A stretch of DNA of 64,000 bases from Octopus vulgaris (Eukaryota), in the NCBI GenBank assembly GCA_951406725.2, contig OX597820.1:98394001-98458000 (forward strand), given 5' to 3'. This document shows positions 13,270 to 25,880 of this stretch, piece after piece. Numbering within the stretch: the first letter of the stretch is position 1; each line of letters begins with the position of its first letter. The notes beneath the pieces were generated by a model. That model was not told the DNA's origin, searched no databases, and was given only the letters and a program-made list of their open reading frames with translations. The position numbers were made by a program, and so were the translations under genes.

Positions 13270-13585
13270 GACACTCCGTCGGTTACGACTACAAGGGTTC
13301 CAGTTGATCTGATCAACGGATCAGCCTGCTCATGAAAGTAACGCGCATGAGCAAGCCACAGAAACGTGTTCCCTTAACGTAGTTCCCAATGAGATTCAGC
13401 GAGACACAGAATGTAACAAGGCTAGCCTTTTGAAATACATGTACTACTTAATTTTGCCAGCTGAATGGACTGGAGCAACGTAAAATAATATGTTTTGCTC
13501 AACGATACAACGCGTTGCCGAGAATTGAACTCGCGACGTTAAGATCGTGAGCCTTTACCCTAACCACTAAGCCACGCGCTTTCAC
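13270..13585 (-). mobile_element. SINE family B variant
   Basis: Minus head GTGAAAGCGCGTGGCTTAGTGGTTAGGG..GAGTTCAATTC; tail shared with the 3292 copy. Confidence 0.85.
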
Positions 13586-13787
13586 GGGGGAAAGTCTATC
13601 GTATATTTAAAGCGTGAATGAGTGAGAGAGAGAGAAGGGGGTGAGAGAGAAAGGGAGAGACAGAGAGAAATTTAGTGGGTGCATCAGTGACAGGATATAT
13701 ATGAGACATTGTAAGACACATAAATATATGCGCAAGGAGATAATAAGTGTTCATAAAAAAACTAATAAATATAATGCGACAGTCTCG

Positions 13788-14555
13788 GCTGGGATGAATG
13801 CCATTGTTATTTAGCCCCAAGAAATGTGGTCTCCAGCTGACTATACGACACACATATAGCCAGCTAGAGCCGATGTCTCCTGCGGATCTTTTCCTTTTGA
13901 ACGGCAGACAATTTCTAGTTAACTAAACACTTTAAAACTTCGTATATTGGTAGAATGTGTCAAAATAAAACATTTTTTTCTCTTGGCTTTCTTGAGAAAA
14001 TTGTAATTTGTTTGTTTAACGTAGCTTAATTTTTCGAATTTTAACCAATCCTATGCTCTCTTTTGAGCTAAAATCATTTCCTGCGTCTAAAACTGAGACA
14101 TCATCCTGTAACTAACCCTAAACCTCCCCTAACCCTAATTTTTTTCTTAATTGTTAAATTAATTTAATTGCTACGCGTGTAAAAAAAACTAAAGCAATGG
14201 AATTAAATTAATTTAACAATTAAGAAAAAAAATTAGGGTTAGAGTTAGGGTTAGAGGGGAGGTTTAGGGTTAGTTACAGGATGTTGTCTCAGTTTTAGAC
14301 GCAGCAAATGATTTTAGTTGAATGGAGGTAATCGATTGGTTAAAATTGCCGAAATGCCCGGATTTTCAGACGAAATATCTTACAAACTATAGAATGTTCT
14401 CCAATAAAACCAAGAGAAAATGATGTTTTATAAACACATTCTACCAGTATACGAAGTTTAAAAGTGTTTAGTTAACTAGAAATTGTGTTGACATCTGCCG
14501 TTCAAAAGGAAAAGATCCTTTCCTGCTGCTAAATAACAGTAACATTCGTCCCAAC
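13788..14555. mobile_element. Small palindromic (MITE-like) element split by the Merlin-like MITE
   Basis: GGCTGGGATGAATGCCATTGTTATTTAGC ... GCTAAATAACAGTAACATTCGTCCCAACC, with an inner inverted pair CTCCAGCTGACTATA/TATAGCCAGCTAGAG. Confidence 0.6.
13884..14518. mobile_element. Palindromic MITE, Merlin-like (GG..CC ends, 8-bp TSD)
   Basis: TIR GGATCTTTTCCTTTTGAACGGCAG/CTGCCGTTCAAAAGGAAAAGATCC; flanks TCTCCTGC/TTTCCTGC; long internal inverted arms with TAACCC/TTAGGG. Confidence 0.85.
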
Positions 14556-14821
14556 CAAGACTGCCACATTATGTTGGCAAATAATCTTTATTTTAGAGCA
14601 CTGTTACTGAATCTCTCGTTGAGAGATTTAGAAATAATAATTTTTCTATTTAATAAACATAAATAATTAGAAATATTTAATACGTAATAATAAAATAGTA
14701 TTGTAACAATAGACCCACATTTTATAAATACTACAGACGGACGCAGCATTGGTAAAATAAAGTTCGATGTGCTATTCAGCGACTGTATTTTGATTTTAAT
14801 ACCTCTAATCATTCACCTTTT

Positions 14822-15145
14822 GTGAAGGCGCATGGCTCAGTGGTTAGAGCGTCGCTAGGTTGTGAGTTCGAATCCCGGACCGGGCTGCGTGTTATGTTCT
14901 TGAGCAAGACATTTTATTTCACGTTGCTCCAGGTCAATCAGCTGTAGAAATGAGTTGCGACGTTACAGGTGCCAAGCTGTATCGGCCTTTGCCTTTCCCT
15001 TGGATAACACTGGTGGCATGGAGAAGGCAGGCCGGTATGCATGGGCAACTGCAGGTCTTCCATTAACAACCTTCCCCGGACTTGTGCCTGGGAGGGTAAC
15101 TTCCTAGGTGCAATCCCGTGGTCAGTCATGACCGAAGGGCGTCTC
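14822..15145 (+). mobile_element. tRNA-derived SINE with a B-type head and a different tail
   Basis: GGCGCATGGCTCAGTGGTTAGAG..GAGTTCGAATCCC; CTTGAGCAAGACATTTTATTTCACGTTGCTCCAG is shared with the 13270 copy, and the 3' half is unrelated. Confidence 0.85.
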
Positions 15146-15973
15146 AGCAGCTCAGTATCCACCTTTATTATTCATCTGTTAAACATTTACCTCTCTGCTT
15201 ATATACTGAACTACGTTCCTCCTTCATATACGTAATACCTCTTTGGTGCACCACATCTCTTCTCTCTCTCACTCACTTTCTCTCTCTGTGTTTACCTTAC
15301 TTTTTATTTTACTCTATATTGTTACTTTCTAGTATCCAGTATAAATTATCATTTGCGCCTTTGAAACGTAACAACAAATAAGAAACTTTGCAGCATACTC
15401 TCTAAAATCGAAACGTCTTGACACCAACTGTATGAGCCTTCAACAGTTAAAAACAATACTGTGTAGCTGTTACAACAATCGCGTGATTTATTTTAAGATA
15501 TACTCTGGGCTGATGACGATTCAAACCTCAAGTGTCTCTGTCGCCCAATATCTTTTACAATGGCCGTGACTTCGTATTTCCCTTGAGCATGTTGTATTAC
15601 ATAGTTAGGTATTTCCTTTAACTTTATTTACTTCAAATCATCGGACTATAAGTTAAAAGCTAAGTTACGTGGAAATGTTTGGGTATGAGAGAGTTCAACC
15701 CAGTGAGAGACATACGTCCGTCCCCCTTATCGCCTTATTTCCCTGGAGATTTAAATCAACTAAATAAATTAATTAAAATAAAGCCTCTAGTTATGATACG
15801 TTTTAATAACACATATACGTCTCCTATTTATCGACCCCTTTGGTTCATTCCATCGTTGCTTATCTCTGATTTCGCTGACGTCAAGCGAGCGAATGAATGA
15901 CAATTCATCCGTGAACAGAATGCGCGGGCAATATTTCATTGAAGAACGAAAATAATGCATGCATTCATCTTAC

Positions 15974-16115
15974 TTAGGAGTCAGTCGTTCCAATTCTGCA
16001 GTACAGTACCATCTTGCAACAGATCGCAGTCAGCCGTTGAACGTTTAGTCCGTTTACCACAGATAAAAATCTGCAGTCTTCACTCGAAACACCATCGACA
16101 CTACCAATTCTACAG
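15974..16115 (-). other. Candidate spliced exon (non-coding or UTR) in unique sequence
   Basis: Minus strand TATATTTCAG| 142 nt |GTAAGA; every frame contains a stop. Confidence 0.25.
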
Positions 16116-16774
16116 CTGAAATATAATAGATGAATATTTAAATGGCATCATGACCAAGTCTCATATTCTACTACATGCTGTACTGTAATGCTTTTCCTCT
16201 CTCGCACACAATTCTGAATTCTGCGTAACTTGAATAAAGCTACGATTTTCGTTGAAATTTCAGAGCACAGAGAAATTGTCATTCACTAAGTATTATTAAT
16301 CGCAGAATTAAATGCCGGAATGAAGTGATATTATAGCTTGTAAATTAATAGGAGGAGAATTTGTAATTTAAGAAAACGAGGATAAGATTATAGTATAGGG
16401 GAAAGAGAAAATTAGTGAGAAGCAGAGATGACTTCAGGAAGAAAGGAAAATGAAAAAAGGAAAGAAAAAGAAAAAGAGTGTGGGGATCGAAAGAGGATGA
16501 CAAGGGGGAGAGAGAGGGAAGATAGAGAGGAGAACCAGAGCAAATATATACGTCAGGAAGTTAGTTGAATATATGCCCAGGGAGACAAACGCTTATATAT
16601 AAAAAAAAAAAACTAAATGATAGAATACTGTTCTATGTTACTGTATAATGGTAAAACAACACGCAGAAGCATACTTGATCAACTGGGCGAGACACTACCA
16701 ATTTAAGCAAACGATTTTGTTCAGCTGAACCAAAACTTTTAATTGTTAAGTGACTAGGTAGACTATTTTTAAGA

Positions 16775-17075
16775 TGGCGAGCTGGTAGAATCGTTAGAAG
16801 GCACCTTCAAAAGGTGCCTTTTATCATTTTGAGGTCGATAAAATAAGTAGCAGCTGAGTACTGGGGTCGATCACATCAACTTATCCTGTCCCCCGAACAT
16901 GCTGGTCTTGTGCCAAAATTTGAAATCATTATTATTAAGGTGGCGAGCTTGCAGAGTACGCCGGGAAAAATGCTTAACTGCATTTCATCCGGCTTTCCGT
17001 TCAAATTCTACCGAGAACGATTTTTCTTCTTATCCCTTCGGGGATGATATAATAAGTACTAGTTGTATACTTGGT
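16775..17075 (+). mobile_element. Two degenerate SINE-C copies
   Basis: GGCGAGCTGG heads and GATAAAATAAGTA bodies. Confidence 0.7.
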
Positions 17076-17352
17076 TGGTTGTAAAATTTCAGGTATTGTG
17101 TCTTTTGTAGAAGGGGGTCGTCAGCCGAAGAAGTCACGCTTGACCTCGGCGCCGTATATTGTTTTCGAAAATCTTCAGTTTTCTCCGGGAAATAGCGGTG
17201 CTTTGCTGTCATTTTCAGCCAGGATGGAGAATAAGGGATCCTTCTTCTGCTGATGAGTTCAATTTTTCTGAAAAGTTCCCCTCTTTCTTGGCAGACATAT
17301 CAAATTTATTCCATTTTTTATTCCACGTCGAAAAATTTAGAATTTTGCTCAA

Positions 17353-17514
17353 TGGCGTAGGAGTGGCTGTGGTAAGTAGCTTACTTAACAACCACATGGT
17401 TCCGGGTTCAGTCCCATTGTGTGGCACCTTGGGCAAGTGTCTTATGCTATAGCCTCGGGTCGACCAAAGCCTTGTGAGTAGATTTGGTAGACGGAAACTG
17501 AAAGAAGACCGTCG

Positions 17515-17552
<38 letters not shown>

Positions 17553-17590
17553 TATATACGACGGTCTTCTTTCAGTTTCCGTGTACCAAA
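17353..17590 (+). mobile_element. SINE-A 5' half with a local inverted duplication
   Basis: Head through GAAAGAAGACCGTCG, then (TA)n, then an inverted CGACGGTCTTCTTTCAGTTTCCGTGTACCAAAT. Confidence 0.85.
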
Positions 17591-17594
17591 TATA

Positions 17595-17644
<50 letters not shown>

Positions 17645-17736
17645 GTGACAATTATTCGGTTACCTATAGCAGAGAAGTTCCTCTATTTACATGATATCAA
17701 GGTCTCATTCATTCTTTTGTTGTCATACTATTACTA

Positions 17737-17778
<42 letters not shown>

Positions 17779-17886
17779 AGCATCTGTTGTCAAGCGATGT
17801 TGGGGGTACAAACACAAACACACACACACACACATACATACATACATACATACATACATACATACATACATACATACATACATACA

Positions 17887-17919
<33 letters not shown>

Positions 17920-17937
17920 TCTTATTCTTATGAGTAA

Positions 17938-18312
17938 GGCGGTGATCTGGCAGAAACGTTAGCACGCCGGGCGAAATGCTTAGCGGTATTTCGTCTGTCG
18001 CTACGTTCTGAGTTCATTTTCCGCCGAGGTCGACTTTGTCTGTCATCCTTTCGGGATCGATTAGATAAGTACCAGTTACGCACTGGGGTCGATTTAAACG
18101 ACTTAATCCGTTTGTCTGTCCTTATTTGTCTTCTCTGTGTTTAGCCCCTTATGGGTAGTAAAGAAATAGGCATTTCGTCTTTCAAATTCCGCCGAGTTCG
18201 ACTGTGCCTTTCATCCTTTCGGGGTCGATAAATTAAGTACCAGTTACGCACTGAGGTCGATGTAATCGACTAGAAACCTCCCCCAAAATGTATGGCCTTG
18301 TGCCAAAATTTT
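17938..18312 (+). mobile_element. SINE-C dimer
   Basis: Head + body, junction AAAGAAATAGGCATTTCGTCT, second body. Confidence 0.88.
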
Positions 18313-18317
18313 AAACC

Positions 18318-18404
<87 letters not shown>

Positions 18405-18412
18405 GTTAGTGC

Positions 18413-18476
<64 letters not shown>

Positions 18477-18486
18477 GTTATTATTG

Positions 18487-18568
<82 letters not shown>

Positions 18569-18596
18569 CATCATTATTATTATTATTATTATTTAT
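18318..18596. repeat. (ATT)n microsatellite
   Basis: Direct reading. Confidence 0.97.
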
Positions 18597-19274
18597 TTTT
18601 TTTTTTTGTACTTGCTTCAATTTTGTTTCCATTTCTTGTTAATTGTCTTCCTGGCACATTATTATTATTAATAAAAAATATTGTCCCATGCTAATTTAAT
18701 TAACAGAGATGTGATTCTGAGTTTCGGTGTCAAAGTCTCCTCAAATTTCAAAATTCTTTCTTTTTCTTTGTAGCAAAAAGTAACTCTATTAGAACATATT
18801 AGGTTCATATTGCTCTTTTCTAATTTTTCTCATATTTTAAAAACATAGCGAGAAGAAAAAATGGCAAGACAAGTAGGAAACGCTTTCTTGAAGGAAAATG
18901 AAGCTGTTTCTACAAGTGACATGCAAAGGGAAAAGAATAAGAAAGAGTTCCAGATTAATCAAGATAATGAGCTTGCAAGCACCTTAATTGGCTTTAATAT
19001 CTCAGTTGGTAATAGCAACAATACCAGAAAAAAAAAGGTAGCAAAAGAACTTATAGATGAGAGCTTCGAACTCTCGCGAGACTCAATAGTCCGGTTTCCC
19101 TCTAGCAGACAAGACACAACGTTACCGAAATACTACTGTTCCAGAGTTCTTCGTGCGAAAGATTCGAGCGTGTAAGGAAAACACATTTGTTGTAAAGGAA
19201 AATCTTCTACTGTGACGAATCACAACATCGATTAGTGTATTTATGTTCGAATCTGCTGTAACATATTCAGAATT

Positions 19275-19533
19275 GCGAACCGCTATGTCATTTTATCAAT
19301 CTCGTTTGGCGAACCGCTAAATCATTTTATCGATCTAGTTCGGTGGACACCTAATTCATTTTATCGATCCCGTTTTCTGCACCGCTATGTCATTTTATCG
19401 ATCTTGTTTGGCGAACCGCTAATGTTGATCATTTTTGTCGAAACACAAAGTCATTTTATCGATCATTTTTGGCGAACCGCTAGGTCATTTTATCGATCTC
19501 CTTTAGCGAACCCCTAAGTCGATCTTTTTTGTC
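19275..19533. repeat. About 34-bp minisatellite, 7-8 degenerate units
   Basis: Unit approximately GCGAACCGCTA(A/T)GTCATTTTATCGATCTCGTTTG. Confidence 0.85.
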
Positions 19534-19820
19534 AAGTGTCAACAGATGAGATCCAGAGATGCTCAATATACAAACTTGTGCTCAAATGCTTTTAGCTTAC
19601 ACTCTGAAATCTTTACTAAGAGCTAAGTCCGCGGGGTAAAGAGTGACTCTAACAGGAACAGTGGTGAGCAGATATGGAGATAATGATGCAAATAAACAAA
19701 TAAAACTTCTTGGGTTAGATAAACAAAATATATATATACACGCATACATGTATATAGAAAGAAAACAAAGACTAAAATTTTCAGACGATGAATATTTAAG
19801 TTTAAATATATATATATATC

Positions 19821-19901
<81 letters not shown>

Positions 19902-20014
19902 TAACAGAGGAAAGTTACAGTGTTCAAAGTATTAACAGTAACAGAGGAAAGATATAACAGAGAAAGATAAACAGAGTAACAGAATATCTATTATATATAT
20001 ATATATTATATATA

Positions 20015-20071
<57 letters not shown>

Positions 20072-20105
20072 CAGAGGAAAAGATATACAGTAATTTAAAT
20101 ATATA

Positions 20106-20201
<96 letters not shown>

Positions 20202-20608
20202 AGATACAGAAAAGTAAAGGGGAGAGAGTATGGTGTTACAGGTCTGACAGCTGTTTATAGGGGCTCGGAGTTACTTCAAAATATTGACAGATGCAGTTCA
20301 CAAGAATATGCAACCACTAATGGAAACATATAAACATAGGGTAGATCCGGCCTCCATCTTCAGGGTGGAGAGATAAAAATCTTGTAAGTTTGCTCTGTAA
20401 ACATATAAATATCGTTACATATATACTTGAATATTCATCGTCTGAAAATTTTCAGTCTTTGATTTCTCTCTTTTTTAATTTATACATATACGTATATTTT
20501 GTATATATAAACCAAACAGCTTTATTTTTATTTTTATTTTTTTTTTTTTTTGATTTGCATCATCGTTTCTGTTTGTTTGTCTGACTCTCTGCTTTTCTTT
20601 CCTCCCAC

Positions 20609-20669
<61 letters not shown>

Positions 20670-20751
20670 CACACACACAGATATACATATATATACATGC
20701 AGACCACAAGCATATATATATATATATACATACATACACACACATATATAT

Positions 20752-20807
<56 letters not shown>

Positions 20808-21187
20808 GACACACAGCTATATATAGGCACATACTTTAAAGATGTCACTAGTATATATATTTTGATTGCAAAAGTAGATGTGGGGGTTACAGAATGCTCC
20901 ACACATTAAATTCTTAATACATCATTTCTTTTTTACCAGAGAGAAGCAGATTTTAGCAGGCCTAAATTAGAGCGAGAAATAACTTCAAAATTTCATCATA
21001 AGTTTACCGTTGAACATATATGCTTAAGGTCATTTAAGCTTCACTTTTTTCAATCTGGTGGCAATTATGTTCATGTGCTTCGGCCTCGATTTTAGCCTCA
21101 TTAGCATCACACCGTCATTCGCGCCTCATGTACAGATATTAGACACACACACACACACAGATAAATATATATATATGTATGTATATG

Positions 21188-21223
<36 letters not shown>

Positions 21224-21251
21224 TATATATATATACATATATATATATATA

Positions 21252-21318
<67 letters not shown>

Positions 21319-22095
21319 ATGTGCATATATATATATATGCATACATACATATATGTATGTATATATATATAATATACCTTAATACTGTGTAAAGTGAAAG
21401 GCCGCTGATACTGAAGAAAATGTGAAATACTTATAGTATGCAAATTAGTAGCTCCACTACTCTAAATTCCTGGATTTGCGGTGTATATAAACGTATTGGT
21501 CACTTGCTCGTCAAGGCTGGTGAAGTGATGTTGACAATTCTCATGAAAACCAATAATTTTCATGAGGCTCTATTTAATTGTTTTCCAATCTTCTGAGAAA
21601 GTTACAGTTGCCCTCTTTGTGTGTCTAATATGTAGGTTACACACATATACATATATATATTCTATTATTGGTTTTAATCCATGGGCTATGAACATTCTGG
21701 AGCACCACTCTAATTATATTTGTTGCCATTTTTTTCAACTTTCGTTGAAATTTTATACTTGGGAGAAGTTTTATAACGGGTCTATAATTGAGTTATTGTT
21801 GTTGATCATTAGAGTTCACGGGAGCAACTGCCTTTTGAAGCCTCATATTGTCGTTAAATGCTCGAAATGAAGAGTAGATGGACAGCCGACAATTGATAAA
21901 GGGTCGTTCTTTATGTTACTTGTATTACTTTCCATTTATTTCTCTCGTTGTTTGCATATCGAAGATTGTCTTTACATTTCCAGTTGTTTTCGTATTTCCT
22001 GTTGTTTACGTTTTGTGACGTCCTGTACCCATATATGCCTATATATATATATATATATATACATATATATGTATGTACATATATGTATGTATATA

Positions 22096-22155
<60 letters not shown>

Positions 22156-22479
22156 CACACTGATAAATCTCTAGCCACTACACATTCTTTATTTTCTCTC
22201 CTTGTTTCTTTCTGTCTTCCTTTGTTATACTAATACATCTGTCTACATTACCTGTCTTCGTCTTTTGTTTTTTGTGAATTCTACCTATATATATATATAT
22301 ATATATCACCAAAATAGTTAGTTTTACTATTTACTTTGATGACTGGTATGTAAATCTCTTTAGGTGTTGATGGAACTCCCTTAGTAAATGTTTCTTTTCT
22401 TTAAGATATATACCGTGTCATTTGAGTGATAACTGGCTGTTATTTCTAACATGTCTGTTGAATACATAAAAGTTTACTT

Positions 22480-23110
22480 TTTCTGTTGTTCTTATTGGTG
22501 TTTGTGTTGCTGTCGTTATAGTTGATGGTGTTAGTGGTGGCGGCAGTGGTAGTGACATTGCTGGTAGTGGTGGTGATGTAGATGGAGGTGAGAGCTAGTA
22601 GGGAGGGATAGTAATAGTAGTAGTGGCGATGGTGGTGGCTGTCATAGTGATAGTGGAGGTAGTGTTATTAGTGGTGAAGGTGGTAGTGGTAGTATTTGTG
22701 ATGTGGTATTGGTGGAGGTGATGGTGGTGGTAGAGTGGTGGTGAGGGAGGTGGTGGTAGTAGTAGTGATGTTGGTGGTGAGGTAGTTGTGAGGGAGGTAG
22801 TGGTGGTGGAGGTGGTGGTGGTAGTAGTAGTGATGTTGGTGGTGCTGCTGCTGCTAGCGGCAGTGGTGATGATGGTAATGGTGGTGATGGTGCTGATGAC
22901 TATGGTGGTGGCGGTAGTGCTGGTGGTAGTGATACTGGCGGCGGCGGTGGTGGTGGTGGTGGTGGTGGTGGTGGTGGAGGTGGTGTGGTGGTGTTGGTGG
23001 TGTAAGTGAGGATGGGTATTGTGGTGGTAGTGGTAGTGGTAGTAGTGGTGGCACTAACGGTAATGGTGGTGGTGGTGGTGATGTTTGTTATTGTCGTGGT
23101 TACTGTTGAT
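22480..23110. repeat. Degenerate (GGT/AGT/GAT)n low-complexity tract
   Basis: Direct reading. Confidence 0.9.
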
Positions 23111-23835
23111 CATATTTTTTCTTCTGCTGCCGCTGATGCTCGTGGTGCTCCACTATTAAACGTTCAGTCTTGTATATGGATGTTTTATTGTTGCCTTTAA
23201 CATCTTAATATGTACTTCCGTAGCATCAAAGGAGACCATATCTGGTTTCTAATGGGAAAAAATATCTCTTGAATAAGCTGCACATTTATACTCTTGACAC
23301 AATAACAAGCGAAAGAATCATACCATCGGACACACACAAACACACACACACATACACACACACACACATACACACACACACACACACACATACACAAACA
23401 CACACAAGCAAATAAACAAACAAACAAACCAACACACTGACGCAGATACAACCACAAACATACAATTACAATAATACTAAAATTAGAGGTCAGTGGCCGT
23501 AAAATCACACTAACTTTTATAAATGATGTGTGTGTAAATATATCTTTCAATATATATGTGCTATGTATGTTTATATGTCTGTCTGTTTGTCTGTATGTAT
23601 GTGTGTGTGTACGCGAGTGTGTATGCATGTATGTATGTATGTATGTATGTATGTATGTATGTATGCATGTATGTATGTATGTATGTATGTATGTATGTAT
23701 CTATCTATCTATGTATGTATGAATACCTTAGTGCTTGAACATGTGTTCTTGTGCTTTTAAGAGTGTGTGCGAGTGTTTGTATACACATACACACACACAT
23801 ATATATATAAATACATACATAGATATATATATGTG

Positions 23836-23878
<43 letters not shown>

Positions 23879-23984
23879 TTAAATCCATTGAAAATATACG
23901 TAATAATTTAATTATTCGTTTATTCAATTTGATATTAAGAGTTATTATTCTAGTAAACCTCCTATACTTCTTAACAAATCTCTA

Positions 23985-25880
23985 ATTTTCGCAAAAGACC
24001 TCTCTCTCATAACTAGGGATAAAACTGACATTATTCTTTCAGCTAGGAAGACTATCATAGAATTTGAGGGTAAGCTATGGACGAGGTCCTATACCCCTGA
24101 TAATTTCGATATAGCTATCGGCTCGAGTGACTCGGCTGAACTCACTAACATAGTTGGTGCGAATCTTTTAAAGTGCCTTAATAGTGAAATCCCTGAATTG
24201 CAGGGAGGTTTATATAGAGATGATACTCTATTTATTATCCCTAGCGACAACAAATCAGTCATAGAAAGAATGAGAAAAAGATTTAGAAAACTTTTTAAAG
24301 GCTTCAACTTAGGTATTACGTTTGAATATGGCACAAAGATGGAAAACTTCTTAGATGCTATATTAGATATTAACTCAAGATTATACCAGCCCTATAAGAA
24401 ACCAGTTGAAGTTACGTGGAATGGGAAAAAATTATCAAATCATCCGCGCCCCTAATGTGTTAAAATCTGTAGTTAAAAGTATTTCTAAAAGAATTACGAA
24501 AATTTCAGCTAATAAGGATATTTTTAATACCCAATCCCACCACTATAACTTCGCTTTGTCTAAGGCAGGATACAACCATGAAATTACTTTTCTTAATCAT
24601 GAAATTATAACACCTAGTAATAGTAGGAAGAATGAGATTTTAAGTGAGAGGGAGAATATAGACTTACATTTTCGGGAAAACAAACCTACTAGGAAAGCAT
24701 CCAACAAACCCATCAATTTACATTTTAAAAATAAGCAACAATAGGAAATTAGATGTTTATAACAAGTAGGAATATTAGTTTAGATAATAAAGGTAGTGAG
24801 GCGACTGGGCAGATTATACCACCCTCTAATTATAGAAAAAATACTGGTAATAGGGCCATACCTAATAATCTAGTTACGATTTTAAGAAGCGTTGAAAGAG
24901 TAGGTAGATTCCGCCCTTACATACGTAAGAGGGCTGAAAGTAATGATTTGATCTGGTATAGCGTTCCCTTCAGCTGGGCCATATCCACAAACATATATAG
25001 GAAATTTATGACAGTTTTAGAAAAAAACTTCTTTGCTTCTCGTAAGTCAGTTAGAATCTCGTATTCTACACTCCCCAATATGGGTACCATCACAGCAAGG
25101 CTAAATAGAAAGAATACAAAATCGGCAAGAAGTATCAATAATAATAATATTACTGTCAACGCTAGCTTAAACCCCTACAATGAGATTAATATTAATGGTG
25201 ACGTAGGAAAAAGAAACAGCAGTACTAACACATCTAATATATACAATATAGACTGTAACTCCAGGGTTTATACTAGCAGAGAGATCGCTGACACAACGCC
25301 TGTTGACGCTGAGATGAATTTGGATGATACTATAGTTGAAGGAAATATAAATAATAACAGAAATAAAAATAACACACACGATAGTAGTAGTAGGATTAAT
25401 AATAATATTGATAATAATGATAATAATAAAGATAAGAATATCAATAATATTAATAGTAGTAATTCTCCTGGTTGCTATTTTAGAGCTAAATCCCACTGTC
25501 CGTTATTGGTCCGATGTCTAACCCAAAACGTAATTTATAAATGTACAATCATAACTGAGTCTGTTAACTTTATATATATAGGATGTTCGATAAGTATGAA
25601 AAAGCGTATTAATAACAATTTTTCATCTTTTAAAGTGAAGCACAAAGCTAATTGTACGTCCTTATCTAGCAGGATTTGGGAACCGAAGGAAAGCGGAATC
25701 GAATTTAGCCTTAAATGGGATATAATACGGAAAGCGCAGCCTTATAGAGATAGTTAATACGGGTGTGAGCTGTGATCTGCGGAAACGTGTGAGATTTTTA
25801 AGTATAGGGACAACAACGACCTGATTAATAATAGATTAGACCTAACTGTATCATGCATATATAGCGTCGACCGTACATTT
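23985..25880 (+). mobile_element. Penelope-like element, 5'-truncated RT + GIY-YIG endonuclease (pseudogenised); 3' non-coding region runs to about 27595
   Basis: FDIAIGSSDSAE..VG, GGLYRDD, FLDAILD..YQPYKKP..SNHP, IWYSVPFS, C..RAKSHCPL..RCLTQNVIYKC..IYIGCS..KKRI..SSFK..TSLS..IW..KWDI. Confidence 0.92.

Noticed and set aside
14110-14275. Interstitial telomere or chromosome-fusion signature
   Set aside because: Only a few degenerate units, inside a TSD-flanked MITE, and repeated in a second family member.
19059-19142. Minus-strand T-arm-like hairpin GAGAG-TTCGAAG-CTCTC
   Set aside because: Acceptor and anticodon stems cannot be formed; at most a tRNA-derived relic.
18861-19175. 104-aa ATG-initiated ORF
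   Set aside because: No recognisable motif, A-run-rich, and a length compatible with chance.
19275-19533. CRISPR-like periodic repeat
   Set aside because: Units are contiguous and degenerate with no unique spacers, there are no cas genes, the context is eukaryotic, and the unit derives from a SINE.
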